A model generated the notes under the pieces. The model made no database searches and had not been told where the DNA came from. It was given only the letters and a program-made list of their open reading frames with translations. Both the position numbers and the translations under genes were made by a program. Below are positions 47,401 to 55,773 of a stretch of 64,000 nt of DNA, piece by piece. This DNA is from Candidatus Micrarchaeia archaeon (GTDB lineage Archaea > Micrarchaeota > Micrarchaeia > Anstonellales > Bilamarchaeaceae), in assembly GCA_046331685.1 (NCBI GenBank), contig JAXLQI010000002.1:34630-98629 (forward strand), read 5' to 3'. Each line of letters starts with the position of its first letter. Within the stretch, counting starts at the first letter, position 1.

Positions 47401-48336
47401 GACGCTGGATGGCATGAAGAACTTGTCATTCATGAAGTATCCGAACCCGAAACTGGACAGCGTCCCGTCCAGGCGCGCCCAGTGGGCGAACTTGTAATTG
47501 GCGCTGTCCTTGTTCACTATGGAATAATTGTATCCGATGCTCCAACCATCATGCGTGAATGTCCCGGACCTGCTGCCTAATCCGCTTTCGTCGAAACTGA
47601 GGGGCGAGGGCGGGGTGGAGCTGCCCTGGTCGAAGCAGTTGTTTGTGATCCCTGTTATCGGGTCGTACTGCGCCAGCGTCGAAGGGTTGAGGTAATTCAT
47701 GTACCGGTCCACGCGCAGCTCTCCCAGCTTGGGCGGGTTGACCGTGCAGAACCTGTCTGAGATGGGGAAGAGATACCTGTATTGCTCATATTCGTCGAAG
47801 GACCCGCCGACGCCCAGCCTGAACACGTTGATGGCCGATTTCGAGTTCTTCATTATCTTCTTCAGGCTCCCGTCCATGGGGAGGAAGCGGCACTGCGCTT
47901 TGTAGAACTGGATCGCCGTGGCATCCTGCGTGTCAGGAGGGATGTCTGCGCTGACCTTGTTATCGTCGCTCACGCTGAGCCCGAATCCTACGGCCGGCTT
48001 GAACTTGAAATCCCCGCACACCATGGTGAGGCAGTTCGGCGCCCTGCAGCTCAGGATGTCGTCCTCGGTGCATATGGGCACGAGATAAGGGCCGATGGTC
48101 GGGGAAAGCGTGACATTGCAGAAATTCCCGGTGGTATTGCATTTCTGGCCGTCGGATTCGAGGTTGGTCTTCGCTATCATGTCGGTGATCGTGTCGGAGC
48201 TGTCGTTATACAGGATGCACCCCGTGTGGTCCGTTGCATTGGCCTTGAGGCAGCAGCCGATCTTGGATGCGGGCTGGAGACAGCCGAAGGCCATCAGGGC
48301 CGCGAACAATACCAGTGCGAGGGTTCGTTTCTCCAT
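44401..48336 (-). CDS. Very large Cys-rich secreted/lipid-anchored surface protein
   Basis: MEKRTLALVLFAALMAFGC signal, many Cys and N-x-S/T sequons, possible TIM-barrel segment near the C-terminus. Confidence 0.85.
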   Translation of the reverse strand: MEKRTLALVLFAALMAFGCLQPASKIGCCLKANATDHTGCILYNDSSDTITDMIAKTNLESDGQKCNTTGNFCNVTLSPTIGPYLVPICTEDDILSCRAPNCLTMVCGDFKFKPAVGFGLSVSDDNKVSADIPPDTQDATAIQFYKAQCRFLPMDGSLKKIMKNSKSAINVFRLGVGGSFDEYEQYRYLFPISDRFCTVNPPKLGELRVDRYMNYLNPSTLAQYDPITGITNNCFDQGSSTPPSPLSFDESGLGSRSGTFTHDGWSIGYNYSIVNKDSANYKFAHWARLDGTLSSFGFGYFMNDKFFMPSSVNKKIDDSFYKKWLSIAHADTVYGLNPVKKNTTRAPFECDVASTECFSGICGTTTYNRVVMLTPQDESGQSQEVVTDCESYTDESRTTKIICAPTVNVTLTGPNTAPNRKYAKVSARTTHFDGQSWVEGGDGLCGIFDSNHLDSFVNYIYSGAYYFGGGNDGWQVNCPNVMSSSYFTQAKKSTDVGDITNTASTYLYWYNYTDGSWNNNFAEVSNGPPAGGALFFGNVEPQATYNGRKVIGYALATQSDVKNLLVVKNCEMVGGGVDYDIVAVPNDPTQWGPLKDVFTGYFRSRFSGMKAISTGDDCGADAGKLYDDAPVQARSYFYDFFFTGLPWVINVDKRPHPVQPYMGGGASNFLLANEIAIGERKINRFSETYTSASEASLCALRGLNSGYYVNPYHHNDDEDKNYYFWAEGVKPTYDILYSKYIVLFYDNNNQKIGKCALDAASGMPKIRTYGWCEPCTTSTLAYQTITATNDTYVPLGIGNVDNGGTVDLTPLQRKICVGRSNELRCANNLITDANDFSVEDGAKPPGPRTVPEASVLKERFGNYMKAGVMPVLDLSDASNWNEKLDEYDFQRLVGNTGAAVVIVDRVANASDASDKATEIGDRSALIHSRCFGCLTAFHVTGAASNQSLSDTAGGVFTTNLNTKFSVDMVTYDYAISSHTGELPAFGAYVTSLDPSANLTANYSQYIADSIYGYSLAILQKYGKPTMVVGLNLDSADSIWNTRDKQTALFDAIVLDQDQLIKAGLTGIIYSPARQFELIIPPSTIKGPAIGLEDVNGGIGTSNSKMCALEKAMQRMTSSPPIAVYQLTNAVNVSECVPCSSLEKAQGLCNDDALKCDDAIKCVPPAGFSEADIKGSFRCPENTVVDDPAGSRCPLCKDLPGTYDCTFSYANGTVEARNGSMTDLSSDVYLDIIGGIPRTSKCCLEDQGGRRYSYVKKSTSNQVNKPIAFSKIGDQEVDCGLNADIRSIEKAQTFCNVPIPLKDYDVSCTLSG

Positions 48337-49380
48337 TCAGACCACTTTGCTGACCATTCTCATAATCTCGTATGAATCCGCCCCGAGGACCGTGATTATA
48401 TAACGGACGAAGACCATCGTGAGGAAGAACGCGACGAGCGGGTGGAGCATGAGGGTTATGTACGACTTGGAAAGCTCGTCGCGGATGTTCTGGTTGCCGA
48501 GGAGGCCCGTCGTCCCGAGGCCCCCTGCCTGGAGCGTCTGAAGGACCGAGACCGTGTTCGACATCGTCGCGTAGCAGTAGGGCTGCTGGATCGGCGGCTG
48601 GGCCTGCTCGGTTACAGGGGGGGCAGGCACGAAGCCAGGGTCGAGGAGGACGAAGAAAATAGGGAATATGAAATACATCCCGATCCCGAACGCGATGAAC
48701 AGGGCTCCCACGCTCCTGCTGAAGTATATGCTCCGGAGGAATATCCCGAACGGGATGAAAAGGTTAAGCATGTTCGCTTTCAGGTAGGCGATGATCGAAG
48801 ACTGGGCGTTGAGGCCGATGAGCAGGGTGGTCGCGAGATTGTTCGTGATCCTGGCGGTCTCCGTCGCCCGGTAGAGCGAGCCGATCCAGTCCCCTTTGAA
48901 AACCGTGAGCCCGAGGAGGCTTCCCTGCGTGTTCAGGATATTGAATTCCGATGCCGTCCCGATCCCTGTAGTGACATCCCCCTGTATCTTGGCGACTGCG
49001 ACCGCCTTCTCCTGGAGCCTGCAGCGTATAGCGTCGAAAGCCTCATCCATGGTGGACTGGTTGGTGGTCCCGATATGGACGGATTTTCCGAAACATGATA
49101 TATCCCCGGTGATGAAGCTGTGCGCTATGTCCATAGCGCTGTTGACCATGATGAGCAGGGATCCGACCATCACCGCGGTGGAGAGGGCCTGGAGTATCTC
49201 TGACATGGCGTAGTTCTCGAACTCCTTGATGGAAAGAACCCTTGCAGCCAGGAGGAAAACGATGTGGAGGAGGAGGGATACCATCAATGCCAGCGCAGAG
49301 AGAGGAGCCCAGTTCGCGACCCACCCTGCGCCTCTGAACTGGAGGTCCGATAATAGGGAAAGTATCGGCAGGGCATCCAT
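48337..49380 (-). CDS. CedA/VirB6-like polytopic membrane protein (paralog 6)
   Basis: YAMSEILQAL; PFGIFLRSIYFSRSVGALFIAFGIG. Confidence 0.75.
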   Translation of the reverse strand: MDALPILSLLSDLQFRGAGWVANWAPLSALALMVSLLLHIVFLLAARVLSIKEFENYAMSEILQALSTAVMVGSLLIMVNSAMDIAHSFITGDISCFGKSVHIGTTNQSTMDEAFDAIRCRLQEKAVAVAKIQGDVTTGIGTASEFNILNTQGSLLGLTVFKGDWIGSLYRATETARITNNLATTLLIGLNAQSSIIAYLKANMLNLFIPFGIFLRSIYFSRSVGALFIAFGIGMYFIFPIFFVLLDPGFVPAPPVTEQAQPPIQQPYCYATMSNTVSVLQTLQAGGLGTTGLLGNQNIRDELSKSYITLMLHPLVAFFLTMVFVRYIITVLGADSYEIMRMVSKVV

Positions 49381-49382
49381 AT

Positions 49383-50414
49383 TTACACCATCTGGACTAT
49401 CCTACTTAAATCTATCTCCTCTCCGTAGAGACGGGCCACGTACGCTATGGTCCCGATCGTCCCGAGCAGCGCCGCGGTGGGCATGAGGACGGCTGCCACG
49501 AACGCGTAAGCACCGAACTGCATGGCGCCGATCGGGTTCTGCCCGCTCGGGAAATAGGAATCCACGACCGCGCCTGCCCCCATCACAGCTGCCTCCACGC
49601 TCTGGCCGGCCCCATTCTTCTCGTCGAAGACACCTTCGTCGTAGAACGCGCTGAAGTCCTGCGGCTGGTAGTTCGGCTTGTCCACAAGGACAGGTTCCAT
49701 CAGGTAGAAGATCGAGAGCAGCAATGGATAGACGATCAGGAAAGAGAGCGCCACGGCTATCATGAGCCCGCCGAACCCTCTCAGGTACGGCATCGACCGC
49801 ATGAACACCCCGAGAGGAAGGAACAGGAGGACGAACCCCTTATAGACGAACTGCAGTATGAACAGGAAATTCAGCGCCGTGAGCGTGGACATTATCGAGG
49901 AATTGAAGAAGAAATTCAGGGCCGCCTGCTCGGCGCCATACCCCCCGAGCGGCTGGAGGCTCGTCCCGGAGTACCCGAACAGGCAACCGATCCCTCCGAA
50001 TTCGCACTCGAAGACGCTGAGGGCGGCGAGGATATTGTAAGCCTCGAGGTGGTATCGGATCACGGCTGTGGCGCGCAGGGAGTAATACCCGGCATCGACA
50101 AGGTAGTGCTGGGCTGCCGTGTATATGTCGATAGAGTCGGCCGTGAGGCCGAAGAGCGGGGCTACGGTGTCCATCTTTATCGAGCAGAACCCGTTCATGA
50201 CCCCGATCAGCAGGACCACCGTGAATAGGGAGAGCGTGACCTGGACGGCCTCGGTCTTGGCCCAGAGGCTGAGCTTGGGGTTCGATAGCACCTGGCTCAG
50301 CATGTAGCTGACCGCTATTATTGACATCGTGGTCGCTACAGACAGGGCGGAGAGCGGGATGATCACCCCGTTCATCAGGTCGTTGAATCCGGAAATTCCG
50401 CATGCGTCGACCAT
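49383..50414 (-). CDS. CedA/VirB6-like membrane protein (paralog 5)
   Basis: NPKLSLWAKTEAVQV; PLGVFMRSMPYLRGFGGLMIAVA. Confidence 0.75.
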   Translation of the reverse strand: MVDACGISGFNDLMNGVIIPLSALSVATTMSIIAVSYMLSQVLSNPKLSLWAKTEAVQVTLSLFTVVLLIGVMNGFCSIKMDTVAPLFGLTADSIDIYTAAQHYLVDAGYYSLRATAVIRYHLEAYNILAALSVFECEFGGIGCLFGYSGTSLQPLGGYGAEQAALNFFFNSSIMSTLTALNFLFILQFVYKGFVLLFLPLGVFMRSMPYLRGFGGLMIAVALSFLIVYPLLLSIFYLMEPVLVDKPNYQPQDFSAFYDEGVFDEKNGAGQSVEAAVMGAGAVVDSYFPSGQNPIGAMQFGAYAFVAAVLMPTAALLGTIGTIAYVARLYGEEIDLSRIVQMV

Positions 50415-51410
50415 TCAGACAAACCTCGCGATGCTGCTGACATCCACTTCAGCCCCTGCCATGGACGTGAGAGCGCGGACGCCGGCCCCCATCAGGAGCA
50501 GGGCAAGGACCGGGCCGAAAGTGCCCCGCACGAGGACGCTGAAGACGACCCTGCGGAGGTCGGCCCTCAAACTGTCGAAGATGTTGATGGCTTTCCCGGC
50601 TTCTCCCCCTCCGCCGCTGAAAAGGACCTGCGACGGGTCGCAGGAATCGATCGAGGATGTGAGCCCGCCGGAATATCCGCTCGATGCTGATGCGTCGGCG
50701 AGGAAGGTATCGACCAGCATCTGGTTGAATATGATCCCTGCTGGTATCATTATATGCATGGATACGCCGAGAGCTATGAAGAACCCGCCGGCGCCCCTCG
50801 TGAGCTTGAACGTCCTCAGGATGATCCCGACCGGCAGGAGCAGCTGGAGCGCATAATTCTTGGACAAATCTATGAGCCGCTTCATGCTGCTAAGCTCGCC
50901 TATCGAGAACGCCACGATCCCGCCGGCCATCGACAGCGGCGTGCTGAGCATCGCATACCCGCCGCAGGCGCTGACTGTGTATCCGATCCCAACTATATTG
51001 CAGGATTCGGCCTTCGAGCCTTCGATCGAGACCTTGGTGTCGAACTCGGCAACCTTGTTGTACACCTGCTTCATCCCGTCAGTGGGGTTATCGAGGTTCT
51101 GGGCGATCAAGGTGTTCGCGGCATCCTGCATATTCGCCGCCCCCTGGACGGCCCCGAGCGTGCTCGAGAATCCATCGAGGATGTTGTTGCTCCCGACGAG
51201 GACCACCATGAGCAGCATCGTCGCGATAAGCTGGTAGAACTCCTCCTTGGCCATGATCTGGAGCTCATTCACGCCGAATCCGAAACCGATCGCATAGACG
51301 AATCCAAGGATCGTGGCGGACACCGCTATGGCGAGGGCGGCGGTGCCCTCCCAGCCTCCGGCGGCGAAAGCAAGCGGGACCAGGGCCATGAGCAGGATCA
51401 TCTTCCTCAT
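50415..51410 (-). CDS. CedA/VirB6-like membrane protein (paralog 4)
   Basis: LQIMAKEEFYQL; PVGIILRTFKLTRGAGGFFIALG. Confidence 0.75.
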   Translation of the reverse strand: MRKMILLMALVPLAFAAGGWEGTAALAIAVSATILGFVYAIGFGFGVNELQIMAKEEFYQLIATMLLMVVLVGSNNILDGFSSTLGAVQGAANMQDAANTLIAQNLDNPTDGMKQVYNKVAEFDTKVSIEGSKAESCNIVGIGYTVSACGGYAMLSTPLSMAGGIVAFSIGELSSMKRLIDLSKNYALQLLLPVGIILRTFKLTRGAGGFFIALGVSMHIMIPAGIIFNQMLVDTFLADASASSGYSGGLTSSIDSCDPSQVLFSGGGGEAGKAINIFDSLRADLRRVVFSVLVRGTFGPVLALLLMGAGVRALTSMAGAEVDVSSIARFV

Positions 51411-53509
51411 CAGAACACCTTGGACAGTCCCGGGATCTCTATGTCCCCTCCCAGTATCGCCGAAAGGCCCCTTATGAACACCAGCGTCGCCACGATATTG
51501 AACAATGGCAGGACATACGCCGGCAGCATCATCTTCGAGACGTTCTGGATCTCAGAGGTGCCTGCGAGGCCCTCGGCTCCTATGGACGAGAATTTGCCCG
51601 CGCTTTTGGTCGGCATCGCATCCCCGGCCCTGCACAGCTCCACGCAGTTGGGCTGGATCGGCGGCTCATACACCTGCGATTCCTCAGTGAAGAGGCACTG
51701 CTCGCAGGCATTGCGCGGGACCGGTACCCTGTCCTCGGGCTTGCAGGCGCTGTTGATATCGCACGCGCCTGTAATGTAGCTGCTCGGCATCGTCTCGCCG
51801 TATGTGATTATCCTTTTCTCGGCATCGCACGACCCGCACGCCGTCGGCGAGACCTCGGCGATGTAAGTGGAATTCACCTTGCAGCCTACCGGGCAGCTCT
51901 TGCATGAATTTATCAGCTGGTTGTTGCTGGAGTTGATGCAGTTGCTCGGCAGCTTGGTTATGTCGTTCGTGGTGACCCTGCAGACCTCGGGGCAGGCGTC
52001 GCAGAGGAAATTGCACCGTCCTGTCTCCGGGACGATGTATGCGCATGAATCCAGCGCATTCAGCGAAGGCGTGCATTCCTGGGCCAGCTGGCATCTGATG
52101 TACTGCTCCAGCGAGGCATCCTTGATCGGGTTCGGGGACCAGTTGACATCCTGCGCCAAGACACCAGTATAGTTGATCCTCGTGTAGACCCTGCACTCCG
52201 GCCTCGATGCCAGGCAGCTCCCCGTATTGCAGTTACCTTTGAGCGGGGGGACGACCTTGCATTCCTTGGGGCACATCGAGAGGACAGGAGCCGTCTCGTT
52301 GTCCGGAGGAGGTGGAGGCGAAGCGAGCCTCCTCACCCAGCATTTGTCCGGGAGCGCGGCGCAATTCTGCGGGACGAGTCCCGTCTGGTTGTAGCATGTA
52401 GTGAGCGTATTGGGGAAGGGCAATTCGCGGCAGACAAGGGGGCAGGCATCGGGGCTGACGGTCATGCACGACACGACGTTCTTCCCGCTGTAGTTCCCGC
52501 TCGTGGGGCTGCCTGAAGCCGCGCTGCCGTCCAGGATCTTGGATGCCAGGTCAGCCTGCCCGGGGAACACGTCGAATACCTCTTTGGGCGAGCCCAGCTT
52601 CTTGCCGTCAGCCGATCCGTCATCTATGTAAGCGAGCGCATGCGGCACCTTGCATTCGTCAGGGCACTGGTTCGCCCCGGCGTTCTCATTGGCCTTGTCG
52701 CCGGTGAGGGTGGTGTCCAGGGTGAGCCAGTCGAACACGAACATGCCGGGGAAGAAGAACATTATGCCGCACCCTACCGCGATGAGCAGCCCTCCGAGCT
52801 TGCGGGTGAAGAAGAACGTCCTCGCGATAACCCCCATGGCGAGTATCCAGGGGCCGATCCCGAACGAGATGTGCTGGATGAAGAACTTCTGGGCTTCGAG
52901 CGAGGCGAGGAGGTTGCTGTAATATTCGAAGACCATAGTGTACCTGTCCTGGTCGAGGATGAAATGGCCTAGGAGGCTGAACGAAGCGCCTGCCTGGAGG
53001 CATAGGATAGATGTGCAATAGAGCCCGAACCTGCGGCCGGCCCACCCGGAAGCAGTGACGGCGTCGATGGAGACCTGCCTGGCGTCGTCCTTCGCCGAAT
53101 TGATGTATGAATCCAGATATGCCACAGAGACATTCCCTATGCAGCTCTGGCCGCCGACGCATGAGAGATTGAGCTGGCTCTCCTGGACGATAGCCTGGGA
53201 CATGGCATCGAGGAAAGCGATCGTAACGAGAAGGCCAATGATGATCGTCACGTTCGCGAAGACCTGGACGAGCTCGTTGCTGGCCCATGCCTTTATCTCA
53301 GGCATCTCCATGCCGATACCGACGGCGTAGGCCATCCCGATCAGGATTATCGAGATCATGATCGAGATCATGGAGAGCACCCTCCAGTCCTTGATGAATT
53401 CCGGGAGCCCGGCGCCCGAGGTCTGGGTGGTGAAGGTGTTCTCTGACTGCGTCGGCGCGAAGGAGACCGCGACCAGAGCCAGGAAGAGCGCAAGGTAAAG
53501 GAGCCTCAT
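51410..53509 (-). CDS. CedA/VirB6-like membrane protein with large Cys-rich insertion (paralog 3)
   Basis: PEIKAWASNELVQV; MGVIARTFFFTRKLGGLLIAVG; CPxxC repeats; FIRGLSAILGGDI. Confidence 0.75.
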   Translation of the reverse strand: MRLLYLALFLALVAVSFAPTQSENTFTTQTSGAGLPEFIKDWRVLSMISIMISIILIGMAYAVGIGMEMPEIKAWASNELVQVFANVTIIIGLLVTIAFLDAMSQAIVQESQLNLSCVGGQSCIGNVSVAYLDSYINSAKDDARQVSIDAVTASGWAGRRFGLYCTSILCLQAGASFSLLGHFILDQDRYTMVFEYYSNLLASLEAQKFFIQHISFGIGPWILAMGVIARTFFFTRKLGGLLIAVGCGIMFFFPGMFVFDWLTLDTTLTGDKANENAGANQCPDECKVPHALAYIDDGSADGKKLGSPKEVFDVFPGQADLASKILDGSAASGSPTSGNYSGKNVVSCMTVSPDACPLVCRELPFPNTLTTCYNQTGLVPQNCAALPDKCWVRRLASPPPPPDNETAPVLSMCPKECKVVPPLKGNCNTGSCLASRPECRVYTRINYTGVLAQDVNWSPNPIKDASLEQYIRCQLAQECTPSLNALDSCAYIVPETGRCNFLCDACPEVCRVTTNDITKLPSNCINSSNNQLINSCKSCPVGCKVNSTYIAEVSPTACGSCDAEKRIITYGETMPSSYITGACDINSACKPEDRVPVPRNACEQCLFTEESQVYEPPIQPNCVELCRAGDAMPTKSAGKFSSIGAEGLAGTSEIQNVSKMMLPAYVLPLFNIVATLVFIRGLSAILGGDIEIPGLSKVF

Positions 53510-54507
53510 CCGATCACCCTCAGAGCCTTATGTATCGAACCGAAGAACGTTATCAGGAGCGCGAGCGTGAGGTTCGGCAGGAAGAACGCCTGCGGGATCA
53601 GCCTGGCGACGTTCCAGAGGCTGTCGGGGTTGCTGCATGTCGCGGCCCCGCTCGAAGCCGGGTTCTGGATGCTCGGGCATCCGTTATTGTCGATGGCGTT
53701 GTCGCAGGCGGCCTTAGAAAACGAATTGCAGTCGCCTGCCACCACGTCGTACATCGCACCGTTGAATGCATAGAGCAGCGGAAGGAGCACGTATAGTCCA
53801 ATCACAAGAGCAATAAATATGTTCCCCATGTGCCTTGTCGGGGGGAAGAAGCGGAGCAGGACGGCGATGGGGAGCACCCAGCGGACGACGTTCTCGTTCA
53901 CGAACTGGAGGAAGAACTTCTGCATGCTCAGGCTCATGAGGGCCGGCACGAGGAACGAGCTGAATATCATATTATACTGGCTGGATATCACCTTGCGGAA
54001 CGCTCCGGTCGTGGCCGTGAACGCGTTGAAGAGAGGGATCTGGAGACTGACGGCGAAAGTGGAATCCATCATCTGGTCGATATACTTCTGCACATACCTC
54101 TCCGACATCGACCGGGCATCCTCCTGCGCGTTCTTGATATAGCATTCCGCGATGCCGTTGACATTCAGGCCGGGGCTGTAGCAGGTCGTCGTGCCGAGCC
54201 TGGAGAAAGTCTGGTCGAAGAAGAAGCCGGTGAGCTGGCAGGAGAAGACGAGTATCCCGCTGAATCCCACAAGGAGCATGATCGAGAACATGAGGTGGTA
54301 GAACTCGTCTTTGGCGAACACTATGAAGCTGGGGTTGTGGGTCGCGTTCCCGGCAGCGTAAGCCACAGCGAGGACGAGTATCAGGAATGCTATCACGATG
54401 CCTATGAGGCTTCCCTGCTCGCTCACTATGACCGATGTGGCGTTGAGCAGGCATGATGCGGCGCTCGAAAGGCCGAGGACAAGCAGGAGCACCAGAGCGG
54501 ATCTCAT
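53506..54507 (-). CDS. CedA/VirB6-like membrane protein (paralog 2)
   Basis: Start MRSALVLL at ATGA overlap; FAKDEFYHL; PIAVLLRFFPPTRHMGNIFIAL. Confidence 0.75.
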   Translation of the reverse strand: MRSALVLLLVLGLSSAASCLLNATSVIVSEQGSLIGIVIAFLILVLAVAYAAGNATHNPSFIVFAKDEFYHLMFSIMLLVGFSGILVFSCQLTGFFFDQTFSRLGTTTCYSPGLNVNGIAECYIKNAQEDARSMSERYVQKYIDQMMDSTFAVSLQIPLFNAFTATTGAFRKVISSQYNMIFSSFLVPALMSLSMQKFFLQFVNENVVRWVLPIAVLLRFFPPTRHMGNIFIALVIGLYVLLPLLYAFNGAMYDVVAGDCNSFSKAACDNAIDNNGCPSIQNPASSGAATCSNPDSLWNVARLIPQAFFLPNLTLALLITFFGSIHKALRVIG

Positions 54508-55679
54508 ATCAACCTCTGTATCCCGGCCATATACCATTCGCCTCCGAGGGCTGCAGAAAGGCTCCTGATGCTCGACATCGTGATTATCGCTATCAGCACT
54601 ATGTCCATGTAGATGACCATGACGTAATTGCTTACATCGCGCATGAACGGCTGGAGGTGGTCGAACACAGTCCCGCCGTACTTGCCCGGGTTGATGAACG
54701 CTTCCCATGCGATGAGCGTCACTGCGTTCACTATCTGGAAGATCAGGCTGATGATCGGGTAGACCACATGCCAGAGCAGGTCGAAGCAGACAGGGAAGGC
54801 CCCGGGGATCCATGCGATCGGTAGGCAGAGTATGAGGGCGAAAAGAGGGTCGGTGAGCGAGAAGAGGATCCTGATGGGCGCCGCTTCGCATGCCCAGCCG
54901 ATGGCGTATATCGGGAACGGGTTGGAATCGAGCGAATCCGGGTCCGACAGAGCCGGCGCGGTGAGCCCAATCTGCCCGTTCACCATATCCGCGATTATGA
55001 CTGAAAGCGGGAGGAACAGCACGACCCCCACGCATATGGCTATCAGGGTGTTGCCCACCCTCCTCGTGAAGGGGATGAGCCTCGCGCAGAAAGCCATGGG
55101 CAAGAGTATCTGCGGTATGACGACGCCGAAGAAGCTGATGAGGAGGCGTATCGCCTCAGCGAGGAAGATGGCGTTGGAAAGCCCCTGCGTGGCGAGGCTC
55201 AGCGGGACCAGGTAGATGGATGCGCCGCTCAGGGGGGCTGTCTGGTAGCTGAGGGACACCCACCAGATCGGGATGTTGGTGCCTGAGGAGTATGACGCGG
55301 CGACCCTGATGTAGGACGCGGCGGTAATCACATCGTGATATGCGCCGGTCAGGCCGTCGCCCCACGAATCCACCACGGACTGGGCTTTCGTGATATAGTC
55401 ATTATGGCCTGTGAGGACCACTGCGAGGCCGTTGCTCCCGACTAGTATCCCGATGACTATGGCTATTATGATAAGGCCGGCGAGGAACTCGCGTATCTCG
55501 GTCTTGGCCCATGCCTCGAGCTGCGGGTTCGAGATCGAATGGGCGAGCATGTTCATCGCAGCGAGGAAAATAACGACTATGATCGCTATCGCCGGAACGG
55601 CGAACTGGAGGTTCACAGCGGCCGAGAAAACAGCTGGCAGCATTAATGCAAATAAGAATGCGAGTCGCCACAGCTGCAT
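54504..55679 (-). CDS. CedA/VirB6-like membrane protein (paralog 1)
   Basis: NPQLEAWAKTEIREF; PMAFCARLIPFTRRVGNTLIAI; IRSLSAALGGE. Confidence 0.75.
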   Translation of the reverse strand: MQLWRLAFLFALMLPAVFSAAVNLQFAVPAIAIIVVIFLAAMNMLAHSISNPQLEAWAKTEIREFLAGLIIIAIVIGILVGSNGLAVVLTGHNDYITKAQSVVDSWGDGLTGAYHDVITAASYIRVAASYSSGTNIPIWWVSLSYQTAPLSGASIYLVPLSLATQGLSNAIFLAEAIRLLISFFGVVIPQILLPMAFCARLIPFTRRVGNTLIAICVGVVLFLPLSVIIADMVNGQIGLTAPALSDPDSLDSNPFPIYAIGWACEAAPIRILFSLTDPLFALILCLPIAWIPGAFPVCFDLLWHVVYPIISLIFQIVNAVTLIAWEAFINPGKYGGTVFDHLQPFMRDVSNYVMVIYMDIVLIAIITMSSIRSLSAALGGEWYMAGIQRLI

Positions 55680-55773
55680 GGCTAGATTTCTTGCTCATAG
55701 ATTTAAATGTTTGCTGGAGCCTCCGAATGGCGCGGACAATTATCTTTATAAAGTTGCCAAATGTTATTATGCC

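Noticed and set aside
54508-55035. N-terminal extension of the 509-aa ORF
   Set aside because: Out-of-frame overlap with paralog 1; the real start is 54507
55411-55773. N-terminal 121 aa of the 1011-aa ORF
   Set aside because: Overlaps the opposite-strand gene; the TATA box and signal peptide place the start at 55774
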